From a virus: DNA of 64,000 nt. The notes under the pieces were generated by a model. It saw only the letters and a program-made list of their open reading frames with translations. It ran no database searches and had not been told where the DNA came from. This document shows, piece after piece, positions 28,399-38,585 of the stretch; position 1 is the first letter of the stretch; every line of letters starts with the position of its first letter. The position numbers were made by a program, and so were the translations under genes. The stretch covers positions 32,001-96,000 of the IMG/VR virus record IMGVR_UViG_3300031159_000070; one strand, 5' to 3'.

Positions 28399-28926
28399 TC
28401 ACGCTGCCGCCTGCTTCAGCATCTCCTGCGCCTCATCCTGCAGGATGTTACGTCCCTCATTCACGGTGTGGAAGGTCCACTTCTTGCCGGTGCGCCGCTC
28501 GTAGTCAGTCGATCGCCAGAAGGCGACCTGCTTGATGCGGAACAGCTTGCACACGGCAACGAGCTGGTCGCCGGGATCGCGAGCCTCTTCCTTCTGCAGC
28601 TTGCGGTAGATTTTGTCGAGAGTGCGCACCATCAGCTTGCAGGTCTGGCTATCGACGCAGTATGGGTAATACTCCCAGTCGCTCCAGATGATGCAGCGGT
28701 TGTGATCGCTGTAGAAGCCGCGCATCTGAAGAGAATCGAGGACCAGCCCGTCGAGATGATGGGGCGCGTCCCAAATGATGCTCTCGCCTTCGCTGCGCAG
28801 GCCAAGCACTTTCTCAGGTTCAAGGCTCGACCGTTTGCCGAACCCGACCATCAGGTATTCGGTGCTGTAGATGAAGTCGCGCTTGATGGTGGCGACGTAG
28901 TTATAGATCGGCTTTGTCATCGTCAC
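28399..28926 (-). CDS. Hypothetical protein
   Basis: Coupled 175-aa ORF. Confidence 0.65.
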   Translation of the reverse strand: MTMTKPIYNYVATIKRDFIYSTEYLMVGFGKRSSLEPEKVLGLRSEGESIIWDAPHHLDGLVLDSLQMRGFYSDHNRCIIWSDWEYYPYCVDSQTCKLMVRTLDKIYRKLQKEEARDPGDQLVAVCKLFRIKQVAFWRSTDYERRTGKKWTFHTVNEGRNILQDEAQEMLKQAAA

Positions 28927-29411
28927 CTCACGAGCACTTGCCGCGGCACCGCCGTTTCCTCGGCCGGCACCTTCTCCCCTTCGAGCTTGTCGGCGATCCT
29001 GTGGGCCCGACCCATGATGTCATTGAGCGAGGAGCGCCGTTCGTCGTTCCATTCGGCAATGAAGGTCTGGCGCTTTTCCGGGTCATCGATCTTCGAGACC
29101 GCGGACTCGTAAAGCTTCAGGTCGGACGGCTCTCCCAGCATGACGGTGCGCAGCGATGAGATCACCTCGTCGCGGTTGCGATCGATTGCGCCGTCCGGGC
29201 TTTCCTCGCCGGTTACGTGTTTCCAGAACTCTTTGAAACCGCCGAACATGAAGAACGGCACGTCCTGGTCCTCGAGGCGATCGCCATCGTCGCTATAGGC
29301 TTCGCCGCTGTACTGGCCGCCGCCGATCAGCACGAGCACGAGCGCTGCGATCTTGCGGCTCGGCGCTCGCATGGCAATCGGATCGGACGGATTGATGACT
29401 CGGTAGAGCAT
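28923..29411 (-). CDS. Hypothetical protein
   Basis: INPSD; RRSSLNDI; GAGG SD. Confidence 0.7.
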   Translation of the reverse strand: MLYRVINPSDPIAMRAPSRKIAALVLVLIGGGQYSGEAYSDDGDRLEDQDVPFFMFGGFKEFWKHVTGEESPDGAIDRNRDEVISSLRTVMLGEPSDLKLYESAVSKIDDPEKRQTFIAEWNDERRSSLNDIMGRAHRIADKLEGEKVPAEETAVPRQVLVR

Positions 29412-29422
29412 GAGTTTCCTCG

Positions 29423-31353
29423 CTATTTCGAGTTGCGATTGTCGCTCTCTTCGATGGCAACCGTCCAATCGCGTTTCTCGGCGTACTGCTTCACCCAGAG
29501 CGGGATCGCTTCTTTCGGCGTCGGCCGACCGCGGTTGCTCGCCTTCCGGCCGGCATCTTTCGGGACGAAGTGATAGCCGTCCTCGCGCTGCTCGACATGG
29601 CCGAGCATGACCTTCTTCTCGGGCTTGTAGGGATCGAACGCGATGACCTTCATGTCAGTTGCTCCGTGGTGCGCTTTTCCATCCGCTCCCATACGCCACG
29701 TTCGATGCGGGCGGAGCGGCCGGTCGCTGTCTCGCGGATCTTCACCCACTTGCGGCCTACAGATTCGATTGTGATGCCGCGGAAGCCCATACCGATTGCT
29801 GGCGCTTCGCCCTGTAGGAAGACGTGACAGTCGGGCCGCGGCCGTTTTCTGGGCATGTCGCTGCTCCGGTCAATCTGGCGTCATCACCACACAGAGCGCA
29901 GTCAGCTCCGCAAGCTTCATCCTGCGGAGCATCCGTGCTGCGGATCGCTCCTCTCTGGTCCCGCTGATCTCGAGGCTTGATGACAGGCAGCCGGCAATGA
30001 TGCTGGCGGTGTTTAGCCGGTCTCGTCCTGTTTTTTCGTGCAGCAGCGCGCCCATCCGAAGGACCCATTCGAGCTTTTCGGCATTGGTCGCGGCGACATA
30101 GTCCGCTCCGGTGCTTTCTCTAGTGAGCGAGCCGGCCACCGCCGGGCTCACCATGGCCGCCATTGCGGCAGCGAGTATCGCTCGTCTCATTTTTTCGATT
30201 TCCCTCAGTGAACACGATCCCGGACTCCGAGCGCATAGAACTTCTCGGCCAGCTCAGGGCAGAAGGCGGCATCGATTTTCGTTGGAGTGTCAGGGCGATC
30301 GTAGTAAGTCAGGCAGTGCTCAAGTGCGGCGCGAAAGTCTTCGTCGCTCTCGCACTTCTCAAGCGTCAAGTCGCCCTCGCAATAGGTGAAAATCTCGCGC
30401 TTGATCGGATTGCACCAGACGCCGAAGTAGGAGGCGTCCTGCCATGTATCGATCTGCGCCCAGCCTTCGCTGATGGTGAGCTTCTCATCGTATGTGAAGC
30501 GATCAGCGAACATCGATGCGGAGCCGCGCTCGAGCGTTGACATGGTCAGATCACTCCCGCATCGATTCTGGCCGCGACCTCGAGCATGCCTTTGCCGTCC
30601 AGCGGCCAATCCTCTGGATCAGTGTTTGGCCAAGCTTTCAGGGCGCAGCTTCGAGCACGATTTTCTGCTTGGAAGGCACGGTCAGCATAATGGCGCCGCT
30701 CGTCAGAGTCGGTCGCATTGTCGGCTCGTGATCGAAGATAGATCGCCTGAGCGCAGAACTGCTCGAAGTCCAGAACGGCTCTAGCACGTGCGATCGCGGC
30801 TTCTGATGAGCTCATCGTCTTGATCTCCTGACGTATGCCATCACCTCATCCGAAACGATGGCGAGCTGCGCCTCGACAAATCCGGTCGGCATTGTCTCGC
30901 TGGTGAGCTTGACGATGCCGGCTTTCTCCAGCGCTTCGGGCACGCCTTCGTTTTCTGACCAGCCCTTGAGCCAGACTTCGTTCTCGGCGAGTGGGCGGGA
31001 GCCGTAGGGCGCGAGGTTGACGGTGGCGACGTACTCGCGCTGTCCGGCGCGCTCGCAAATGAGAGCCAGGCCTCCGCCGGCGTCCGCCACATAGAAGCCG
31101 AACGCCAGCCGTCCGCCTTGTGAGTGCGTGCTCGGACCGATTCTGAATGGAGTGCGGTTCATCTCTTATTCGTGTCTCGCTTTTTCATTCCGTTTTCGAC
31201 AGCGGCCACGCAGACGAACCACCGTTCGAGCTCTCGGCTCAATCCGTGCTGATTGATGAATCGCGCGAGTTGAATCACGAGGGCTTTCTCGGTCCACCCC
31301 TGCTGTTCGATGATCTCAAGGCATCGTTTCGACAGGATGTTTTCGTAGGTCAT
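29423..31353 (-). other. Run of seven small co-oriented hypothetical genes (about 29423-29653, 29650-29856, 29870-30190 with signal peptide, 30205-30543, 30546-30815, 30812-31162, 31159-31353)
   Basis: Tightly packed ORFs with overlapping stops/starts; 30812-31162 has ATVNL..VWLKGWSENEG, resembling DUF4313. Confidence 0.55.
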
Positions 31354-31360
31354 TGTGGCT

Positions 31361-31723
31361 TCATCCATCCAGGTTCGCGGCTTCCAACTCGGCCTCGATC
31401 TTGAGCGGCTTGCCCATCCAGCGCTCGGGCTTGATCGCCCGGGCCCAGTCGGCAAAGGACGGAATGTGGCCAAGGTCCTCGATGACGTGCTGCTCGCCGA
31501 TCCAGCGCGTCGGGATCACGCGGCCAGTCGACAAGGTGATCGTGCGGCCGAAGATCGTCTCGGCCATGTAGATGCCTTCGGCGTGGTGGCGCAGAGCACG
31601 GTGCCGGAAGTCGGCGAGGATCTGTTTCGATTCATCGAACCACTCGTGAATGCGAACATAATCGTCGACCGTGCCGCCCCACTTCTTCACGCTTGAAAGG
31701 GCATGGTGATAGGGATGCGCCAT
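31361..31723 (-). CDS. DUF6915-like protein
   Basis: HPYHHALSSVKKWGG...IHEWFDESK...RHRALRHHAEGI...EQHVIEDLG.IPS. Confidence 0.8.
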   Translation of the reverse strand: MAHPYHHALSSVKKWGGTVDDYVRIHEWFDESKQILADFRHRALRHHAEGIYMAETIFGRTITLSTGRVIPTRWIGEQHVIEDLGHIPSFADWARAIKPERWMGKPLKIEAELEAANLDG

Positions 31724-31728
31724 TGCTC

Positions 31729-32217
31729 TCACCACTCGTGTGACGAGTGCTCCTCGTGTGTGAAATAGTCGACGTGATCCAGCTCGATCTTCAGCTCATC
31801 GCCGACGTAGAATGTGAAGGTCCCGCGGCCGCCGTCGTTGTTCTCCCAACCGGCATGCTCCTGCTCGAGCAGATCCCAGCAGAGCTCACGGATCACCTCG
31901 TCGACAGTGCTGGTGTATTCGCGCGTGCTGCCGTCCCAATTCGCAAGCTCGATCGTCACTGCTTCCTTCGGCAACGCGTACCCTCGGCCGGGACGCAGGC
32001 TCCGATATTCGTTGTCATCGGTGTAGGCACTGACGTCGTTGATCTGGCCGCTGTCGCTCGCGCCTTCATAGTCGACCTCGACAACGACGATTCCGGCGGC
32101 CTTCAGGATCGGCAAAAGGACGGCCTTGTTTTTCTCCAGGCATTTTTTGCTGATCTCGCGTCGTTTTGCCTGCTCAGCTTCCCATCGATCACGGATCTCT
32201 TCAAACGTCTCGGTCAT
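31729..32217 (-). CDS. DUF6878-like protein
   Basis: GIVVVEVDYEGASDSGQI; GWENNDGGRGTF; adjacent to DUF6915-like gene. Confidence 0.75.
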   Translation of the reverse strand: MTETFEEIRDRWEAEQAKRREISKKCLEKNKAVLLPILKAAGIVVVEVDYEGASDSGQINDVSAYTDDNEYRSLRPGRGYALPKEAVTIELANWDGSTREYTSTVDEVIRELCWDLLEQEHAGWENNDGGRGTFTFYVGDELKIELDHVDYFTHEEHSSHEW

Positions 32218-32264
32218 GAGTCACTCCTTCGAACTCGACGTACAAGGCAACGAGGCGCCGCGAG

Positions 32265-32711
32265 CTACCACTCCTCGCGGTGTCCGGTCGCGTTTTTGAT
32301 CTCGGTGTAGAGGGCGTTCCAGTCGATTGCGGTCGGGCACCTTTCGTTTTTGTCCATCTCCTCGGACTGCTGACGCACGAACTTGAGAATGGCGTCCAGA
32401 GCTTCGGTGTCCTGTTTGGCGAGGGTGCGCTCGTTGTTTGCCTGGGCCATGAACCGGTCGAGCGCTTCTTTTTCGTATTGCGGGGCCAGTGATTCAAAGC
32501 AGACGGTCTGGAGCAGATTGATTGCGTGTTGTGGATTGGCAACCGGATAGAATTGCCCATCTTCCTTCTGCATGAAGAGTGCTGTTCCTCTTCCAAAGCT
32601 CGAGCTGGCGGTGTAAAGCCGGGCCTCCTCGAATGCCAGATTCAGATCGCGCTTCAGTTCCTTTCGTGCGTTTTCGCGAATGCGCTCCTCGAGCGTTTTG
32701 ATGTCGGCCAT
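32265..32711 (-). CDS. Hypothetical protein
   Basis: AGGAG SD; helical. Confidence 0.65.
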   Translation of the reverse strand: MADIKTLEERIRENARKELKRDLNLAFEEARLYTASSSFGRGTALFMQKEDGQFYPVANPQHAINLLQTVCFESLAPQYEKEALDRFMAQANNERTLAKQDTEALDAILKFVRQQSEEMDKNERCPTAIDWNALYTEIKNATGHREEW

Positions 32712-32813
32712 GGTCGTGATCTCCTATTTGCGGTTCAGTCGAGTGATCCGGCGAGCGCGGCGCTGCGCCTCGCGGCGCCCGCGGCAAGCGTCATGCCGAG
32801 ACCAAGGGCGCTG

Positions 32814-32996
32814 TCAGCTTTCAGGCACGAAGGTGCGCACGACTTCCCCTTCCGGGCCTATCTCTTGAATTTGGGCGTCGAAGATCCGGCCCTTCTTGAC
32901 TCGCTTCTGGAAAGTCTCCTCCGCTTCGGCCCTTGTGGTGTGTTCGGACGATTCCTCGGTCTCGCCGTTATCGATGATCAGCACAAACGTGTTCAT
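32814..32996 (-). CDS. Hypothetical protein
   Basis: AAGGAG SD. Confidence 0.6.
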   Translation of the reverse strand: MNTFVLIIDNGETEESSEHTTRAEAEETFQKRVKKGRIFDAQIQEIGPEGEVVRTFVPES

Positions 32997-33053
32997 GGGC
33001 TGGGCTCCTTGGGAGAAGGCGGGGCCGTCAGGCCCCTGCCTTCGCGTATGCTG

Positions 33054-34013
33054 TCAGCTCGCCATCTCGAGGGCGAGCTTCAGGGCGCGGTTCTTGCGAT
33101 CGGCGCCCTGGCCGTACCAAGCCGAGTAGAGCCGCGCGTCCGGATCGTTGCCGGCGTGATGATCCACGTGGACCGTCACCGCGTTGAAGGCTTGCCACCA
33201 CGTGCCAGCGCCGAACTCGGCACCGGGCTGGGTGTGCAGGAGCTGCTTGAGCTGCTCGACCTGCTTGCGCGAGCGCTCCGCAACCGCCTTGCCGGCCGGC
33301 GTGTCCTGGTTCCCTTCCTTGATGTCGAACACGCGCTTGAAGTAGGTGACGACGTCTTCCTTCTTCGCGCGCTGCTTGGCCAGGAACTCGGCCCGCTCCT
33401 TGTACTCAGCCAGGATCTTGCTCGAGATGCCGAGCGTGCGCTTGACCTCTTCGGGGTCGAACTTCTGGTTATGCGCGACGCTCACTTGATTGCGGGACTC
33501 CCGGTTAAGGGCCAGCGACAAGGTGTTGTTGCAGACCACCCTGATCGGGGTGAACCGGACGTCGAGCGCGTGGCCGACCTTGTGCGGGTTCGTAAAGAGC
33601 AGATAGGCGTCGATCTGATCCTTCTTCAGGACCGTGAAGCTCTCCTTCACTTTGGCGAGCGCCCACACGAACTGACCATCCTTGAGGGAGCCGGCCGTGT
33701 GCATCTCCATGTCGCCGTTCTTCACGAAGTCGTTGAAGAACTCGAACGCCTGCTCGTTCTGCAGAGGGTTCCAGCTGCCCGACGCGATGTCGAACACGCG
33801 CTGATCCTTGTCGCGCACCAGCGCGAAACGGTTCTCGATCGTTTGCGTCGTGCCGTCCTCGTTGATGAAGGCGATCGGCTTCTTTGCGACGCGCCAATCA
33901 ACGCCGGCCTCGACCAGCATCTCCTGCGGCGTCAGATCCGGGCGGACCTTCTTGCCCTGCCGGTGCCAAGGTACCTCGCCCGCATAGGCCATCGTCTCAA
34001 CTTCTGCGCTCAT
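33054..34013 (-). CDS. DUF932 (LGT_TIGR03299-like) protein
   Basis: VPWH..G; LQNEQAFEFF; TAGSLKDG; TPIRVVCNNTL; GTWWQAFNAVT. Confidence 0.9.
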   Translation of the reverse strand: MSAEVETMAYAGEVPWHRQGKKVRPDLTPQEMLVEAGVDWRVAKKPIAFINEDGTTQTIENRFALVRDKDQRVFDIASGSWNPLQNEQAFEFFNDFVKNGDMEMHTAGSLKDGQFVWALAKVKESFTVLKKDQIDAYLLFTNPHKVGHALDVRFTPIRVVCNNTLSLALNRESRNQVSVAHNQKFDPEEVKRTLGISSKILAEYKERAEFLAKQRAKKEDVVTYFKRVFDIKEGNQDTPAGKAVAERSRKQVEQLKQLLHTQPGAEFGAGTWWQAFNAVTVHVDHHAGNDPDARLYSAWYGQGADRKNRALKLALEMAS

Positions 34014-34078
34014 GGCTCTCTCCGTTCGCTAACGGTTGAACTCGGCGACAAGCGAACCGCTCGCTCATCATGGTTCTA

Positions 34079-34107
34079 TGTATAGTACAGCTATATGAGA
34101 CTGTCAA
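34079..34107 (-). promoter_or_regulatory. Sigma70 promoter overlapped by palindromic operator
   Basis: TTGACA-N17-TATACA; GTATAG-N5-CTATAT at 34080-34096. Confidence 0.75.
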
Positions 34108-34248
34108 CTCTCATGAGACGTCCTCGTCAGCAAAAGGGCCGTGTGGCAGTCAGAGCACTGTCAACGAAACAATGTGCGGGGTTCCATTTGGGCGTTGACA
34201 GAAAGGCCAATTTGGTCTAGCACTGCGATACACTGCCGTGTCGTGTAT

Positions 34249-35139
34249 TCAGATCAATGCCGTCTCTCTGGCGGCGCAGGCGCGGCGCAATTCCTTCTCC
34301 ATGATCTTCAGCGCGTGAATGGTGGCCTTGATCTTGTCGGCCATCAGCTCGGTGCGGTCCGGCGACACTCTCGTGGCGACGATGCACTCGCCGTCCTTCC
34401 ATCCGCTGGCGGCCATGGCGGCCATGCGTTCGATGCGGGTCTCCATCTGATTCAGCGTGGCTACGTCCTGTGCGCTCGCCTGAGGCGCGTTGGCGGGCAG
34501 CAGATCAGGCTGGGCGGCCTTGTCCTGCAACGTGGCGACGGCGGAGCGGATGGCATCGATCGTGGTGAGCTTGCCGGCCGTGTAGGCGGCCATGACGCGG
34601 CGTTGGTCGGAGTGGGAGAGCTTGGCCATTTCGAGCGCGTAGAGCGGCGGTAGGGCTCCGGTGGCGACCAGCTGTTGAATGGACGTGTCAAGGTCCATGA
34701 GGCTGAGGCGCCATCTGACACGGAACGGAGCGCAGCCGACGGCGCGGGCGAGGGCTTCCGGCTCCCAGCCTTTGGCGACCATGGCGGCGAAGGCGCGGGC
34801 CTCCTCGATCGGATTGAGATCCGCGCGCTGCAGGTTCTCGATAATGGCGGCGACATCGCGGTCCTTCGTGCTCAGTCTCTCGACCTGGGCCTTGATGGTC
34901 TCGAATCGCTTGTCGGTTTCGGCGAGCAGCCGATGGGCGCGCCAGCGGCACTCGCCGGCGACGATCTCGTAGATGGTGCCGACTTCGTCAGGCTTTACGC
35001 GGCGCACGGTGATGGGCTGCATGAGGCCGGCGGCGCGGATCGATGCGGCAAGCGCGCGAATGTGCTCGATCGGGAAGGTCTGTCGGGGATTGTCCGGGTT
35101 CGGACGGATGAGGGAAATCGGTATACGCTCAATGGTCAT
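34249..35139 (-). CDS. ParB/RepB/Spo0J family protein
   Basis: PNPDNPR; GLMQPITVR; IVAGECRWRA; IENLQRADLNPIEEARA plus HTH. Confidence 0.9.
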   Translation of the reverse strand: MTIERIPISLIRPNPDNPRQTFPIEHIRALAASIRAAGLMQPITVRRVKPDEVGTIYEIVAGECRWRAHRLLAETDKRFETIKAQVERLSTKDRDVAAIIENLQRADLNPIEEARAFAAMVAKGWEPEALARAVGCAPFRVRWRLSLMDLDTSIQQLVATGALPPLYALEMAKLSHSDQRRVMAAYTAGKLTTIDAIRSAVATLQDKAAQPDLLPANAPQASAQDVATLNQMETRIERMAAMAASGWKDGECIVATRVSPDRTELMADKIKATIHALKIMEKELRRACAARETALI

Positions 35140-35208
35140 GACGTGCTCCTGAACGACAAGGCACACTAGACAAGTGTGGCCTTGCCGTCCAGAGCGATAT
35201 CGCGCTTC

Positions 35209-36833
35209 TCAAGCCGCCATTGCTTCTCGGTTTTCTTCGATGATGCGGTCGATCTCGGCGTCGGCGTCGTGCTCATTGGCGATCATGAAGGCGCATGTGT
35301 CGCCGACGAAGATCGATAACGATTGGACGGCGCTCGGCTTGAAGCAATCGGGATCCCCGAGCGCGAGCTGCTGCTCATCCTCGTTCTCGATCGGCACAAC
35401 CCAGACGGCGAACTTCTCGTAGTCGATCAGCGGCTCGACCTGCTTGATAGCGGCCAGCACCAAGGCTTGGCGCAGGAGTTCGTTCTCGCGGATGGTCATT
35501 GCTCAGCTCTCCAGGTTCAGGGTCTTTCTGATGGCCGGGTCCTTCAGCCGCTCCTTAATGCGCCATTGCAGGAACGTGATCTCTGCATTGATTGAGCGAA
35601 TTACCGCTGTGTCTACCCATCCGCTCAGGCGATCTCTCGCTTCGAGCAGCTTGGTGATCTTGCACGCGTCCTCGTTGATCAGGGGATCGTAGGCTTCGAG
35701 CTTGTTGGGCATGTTTCAGTCCTCCAACCATTCTTCGTCGTCCGGCTCATAACCGAGGATCTCTTTTGCACGATCCTTCGGCAGAGCCAGCGTTACGTTG
35801 AGAAGGCTCGTGCCATCCTGGTGCGGCTCGACGTCTTCGATCACGGCGCCTCTGGCGACGTAGGTCTGGCACCACTCCTTAAGCTCCGCTTCGTTGTCGG
35901 CGATCCACCAGAGGCGGCCGATGCCGGGAGCGGTCTGAGCGCGAGCGGCGAAGATCGCAGGCGCTGCCTTGGGGCTGCACCAGTATTGCCCTTGGCTTGC
36001 GAGAGCGCGGCGGGCAGCGTTGCGCTCGCTGGCCTCGGGGAAGGCCTCGATCAACGGAACGTCGATCCTGTAGGGCTCGCCTTCCGGGTTCGTGTAGAGG
36101 TTGACGCGCATGGGTCCCGTGCTCCTCTCTGTCAGGCTGCTTTCTGGACGGTCGGGTCGTAGGTCACGACCCAACCCTTGCCGATCACGTAATGGCCGCC
36201 TTTGACCGGCTCGAACGGTTGCGCCGAGATGTCGGTCGGATCGAACAGCCCGTACCGGTCGGGGTTAGCCTTCCACTTCGCGATCCACTCCTCGCGCACG
36301 GACTGCTGCCACTCGTTGAAGGCGGCCACGGTCTCATCCGGGATGGGGCGCGTCGAGCTTGTCCGGTGCAGTATACCGATGGCGGCCACCACGTCGCGCT
36401 CCCAGGCCTCGTCCGTGTAACTGGTGATGCTGCGCTCGTAATCCGAGACGCGGCGGCGGAGTTCGACCTCATAGGTGCCGGTCTCGTCGGTCACCTCGTA
36501 CCAGACGCAGTTGAGATACGAGCAGGTCCAGCGGAATGTCGGCTTGATTGCCATGGCTCCAATCTCCTTTCAGCGCTCAAGCGCGTAGCGAGCTGCTGTC
36601 TCAAGGTCTCGGTCGCTGCCGACGATGCCGTTGTGGCTCACGCACCAGAGGCCGCGCCGGTCGCGCCAGATGAGGACGCTGGGCCCGTCCTTGACGTCGA
36701 CTTGCGTCAGGCCATCGCGGTCGCACAGCTCATCGTTCACCCAATGAGCATTGCCGAACTCGCCGTGGTGAATGCCGCGTAGCCAGAGCGATCCATAGAT
36801 GGTCGCGATCTTCTCGTGGTCGGTGAAGGTCAT
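35209..36833 (-). other. Run of five small hypothetical early genes (about 35209-35499, 35503-35712, 35716-36111, 36132-36554, 36570-36833)
   Basis: Co-oriented packed ORFs, most with GGAG-type SD. Confidence 0.55.
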
Positions 36834-36901
36834 GGCTGTCTCCGTTGTCTGATCTGGTGCAGGGGATGGGAGCCGGGCGGGCCGGCTCCACATGAGCTGC
36901 A

Positions 36902-37495
36902 TCAGGCCTTGGCGCCCCATGGCAGGCCCCACTTGTGGGCGCACGTCTTGCCATAACCGACAGCCAGCGAACGCTCGTCCTTGAGCGGCAAATCGCAAAA
37001 GCAGCAGTGACCTGAAAGTTTGCCCTGCTCGGCCGCGGTCTCGGCTGGCTTGTCGGCGAGCCGACGCAGCAGGTCGAACAGGCCTTCCGGTGCCTCGTCA
37101 CGGCCGGGCGCGAACGTGCCGTCGCGCAGGATGCGGCCGAACCACTTGCCCTGGCCGTAGGGCGCATCCTCGGCAACGAGGATCGATCCCGGCACCTTCG
37201 AGCGCTCGCCGGCAATCGTCAGGCGAATGACGATGTCGCCGACGGTGAGCGCGATCGACGGCCGCTTGAGCTTCTGGCCGGCGTTCTCGAAAAAGGCGAT
37301 CAGCTTGCTCAAGTCGCCAATCTCAACCGTCTTCGGCGGGTTCTTCGCGCGCTCAATGAGCTTGTCGACCCAGAAGAGCTGCTTGCGGGACAGCCCGCGC
37401 TCGCGGGCCTGCCGTAAAAGGCTGTCGGCAAAGCTGAGGTCGCCGGCCGGGAGCTGGTCGCGGATGGCTTCGAGGGTTTCGATGTTCGCGGTCAT
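36902..37495 (-). CDS. DUF6011 Zn-finger protein
   Basis: C-terminal GHCCFCDLPLKDERSLAVGYGKTCA; N-terminal FADSLL..ARERGLSRKQ. Confidence 0.8.
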   Translation of the reverse strand: MTANIETLEAIRDQLPAGDLSFADSLLRQARERGLSRKQLFWVDKLIERAKNPPKTVEIGDLSKLIAFFENAGQKLKRPSIALTVGDIVIRLTIAGERSKVPGSILVAEDAPYGQGKWFGRILRDGTFAPGRDEAPEGLFDLLRRLADKPAETAAEQGKLSGHCCFCDLPLKDERSLAVGYGKTCAHKWGLPWGAKA

Positions 37496-37525
37496 GGCAC
37501 TCTCCACTCAGGTCTGGGTTGCGGC

Positions 37526-37723
37526 TTAGTTGTTGATCGCTGCAAAGCGTGCAGTGCGGATCTTCGGCAGGATGTCCGTGCGGACGTGGACGTAGTCGTT
37601 CTCCGGACCCTGGAATTTCGAGCTCGACAGATAGCGTTCGATCTCGGCCAGCTGCTCACGCACATCGCGCAGCTGCTGGTGAAGCTCTTCGTTCTCCTTC
37701 TGCAAGCGGTGGATGTAGTTCAT
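37526..37723 (-). CDS. Small coiled-coil early protein
   Basis: First ORF after promoter at 37767-37795; GGAG SD. Confidence 0.65.
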   Translation of the reverse strand: MNYIHRLQKENEELHQQLRDVREQLAEIERYLSSSKFQGPENDYVHVRTDILPKIRTARFAAINN

Positions 37724-37750
37724 TGGAGGTCTCCAGGGCTGGCGTTGCGT

Positions 37751-37825
37751 CGTTCCTGATGGTTCTGTTATATAGCCAAGCTATACGGAATGCAACAAAA
37801 ATCGTCAGCCTAGACCGCATTTTTT
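37751..37825. repeat. 75-bp direct repeat, copy 1 (promoter cassette)
   Basis: 70/75 identical to 39166-39240 by manual alignment. Confidence 0.9.
37767..37795 (-). promoter_or_regulatory. Strong sigma70 early promoter with operator
   Basis: TTGCAT-N17-TATAAC with A/T tracts upstream; ATATAG-N5-CTATAC at 37770-37786. Confidence 0.8.
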
Positions 37826-37865
37826 ATCGTTGTGGGGCGGCTACTTAGCCGCCCAGCTTTGCGCC

Positions 37866-38306
37866 TTATGGCATGATGCGGACCACGCCGGCGGCGATGC
37901 TGGCCAGTGTGGCGAGCCTCGGGATCTGCTCCAGGAGCTCATCCCACGAGCACTCGATCGGGCCCTCGACCTTCTTCGCGGTGCAGCCGTACCGCGCATG
38001 GCGACCGGAGATAACGATCGTCCAGCGGCCATGGCCTTCCGGGCTCTTGTGATGGCGCTTCTCGTACTCGCGCGTATCGATCCGGAAGCCTTGAACGAGC
38101 GGGCCGGTCGGTGCCTTGGCGGGGTCGAGGTAGACCTGCTCGCCTGCCGGGCGGATGTGCTGCTGGCGCACTAAGGTTGCGAGCGTGCCGCGGCGGGCAG
38201 GCTTCGTTGACGCCTTCTTCGGCGACTGCGATGGCGCCTTGCCTTCGGCCGCGAGCTTGGCGCGGCGTGTTTCCCAGGCTTTGCGTGCGGCTTCGGAACT
38301 TGCCAT
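37866..38306 (-). CDS. Basic early protein
   Basis: SEAARKAWETRR N-terminus; ACGGAGAG SD. Confidence 0.7.
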   Translation of the reverse strand: MASSEAARKAWETRRAKLAAEGKAPSQSPKKASTKPARRGTLATLVRQQHIRPAGEQVYLDPAKAPTGPLVQGFRIDTREYEKRHHKSPEGHGRWTIVISGRHARYGCTAKKVEGPIECSWDELLEQIPRLATLASIAAGVVRIMP

Positions 38307-38347
38307 TTTCGCTCTCCGTGTCTATCCACATTAGACCTTCCAGGCAT

Positions 38348-38582
38348 GACTGCACTGGCAAGATGGCGCGCGTCTTACGGGCTGGCCCCATCGCCGGGTT
38401 CTGCCGGCGAGATCCGAGGGCGAGACGCACAGGACCGAGGCTGCATCGGACGAACAGCTGGTTCTCGGCCCTTCCGGAAGCGCCCCTGCGGGCGCCATCT
38501 TGGCAGGGCAGTCGGGGGGGGGCCGGATGAGAGAGACCTCTCTCATCCGGCAGCCGGGCTACGCGGAACCGGTTGCGCCCGG
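38348..38582 (-). ncRNA. Candidate structured RNA element
   Basis: 22-bp long-range stem (38348-69 with 38492-513, two mismatches) enclosing nested hairpins; 13-bp hairpin 38522-51; hairpin 38554-82; strand inferred from operon. Confidence 0.45.
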
Positions 38583-38585
38583 AAC

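Noticed and set aside
38348-38513. Retron msr-msd, hammerhead ribozyme or tRNA
   Set aside because: No reverse transcriptase in the window, no CUGANGA/GAAA core and no cloverleaf; kept only as a generic structured RNA
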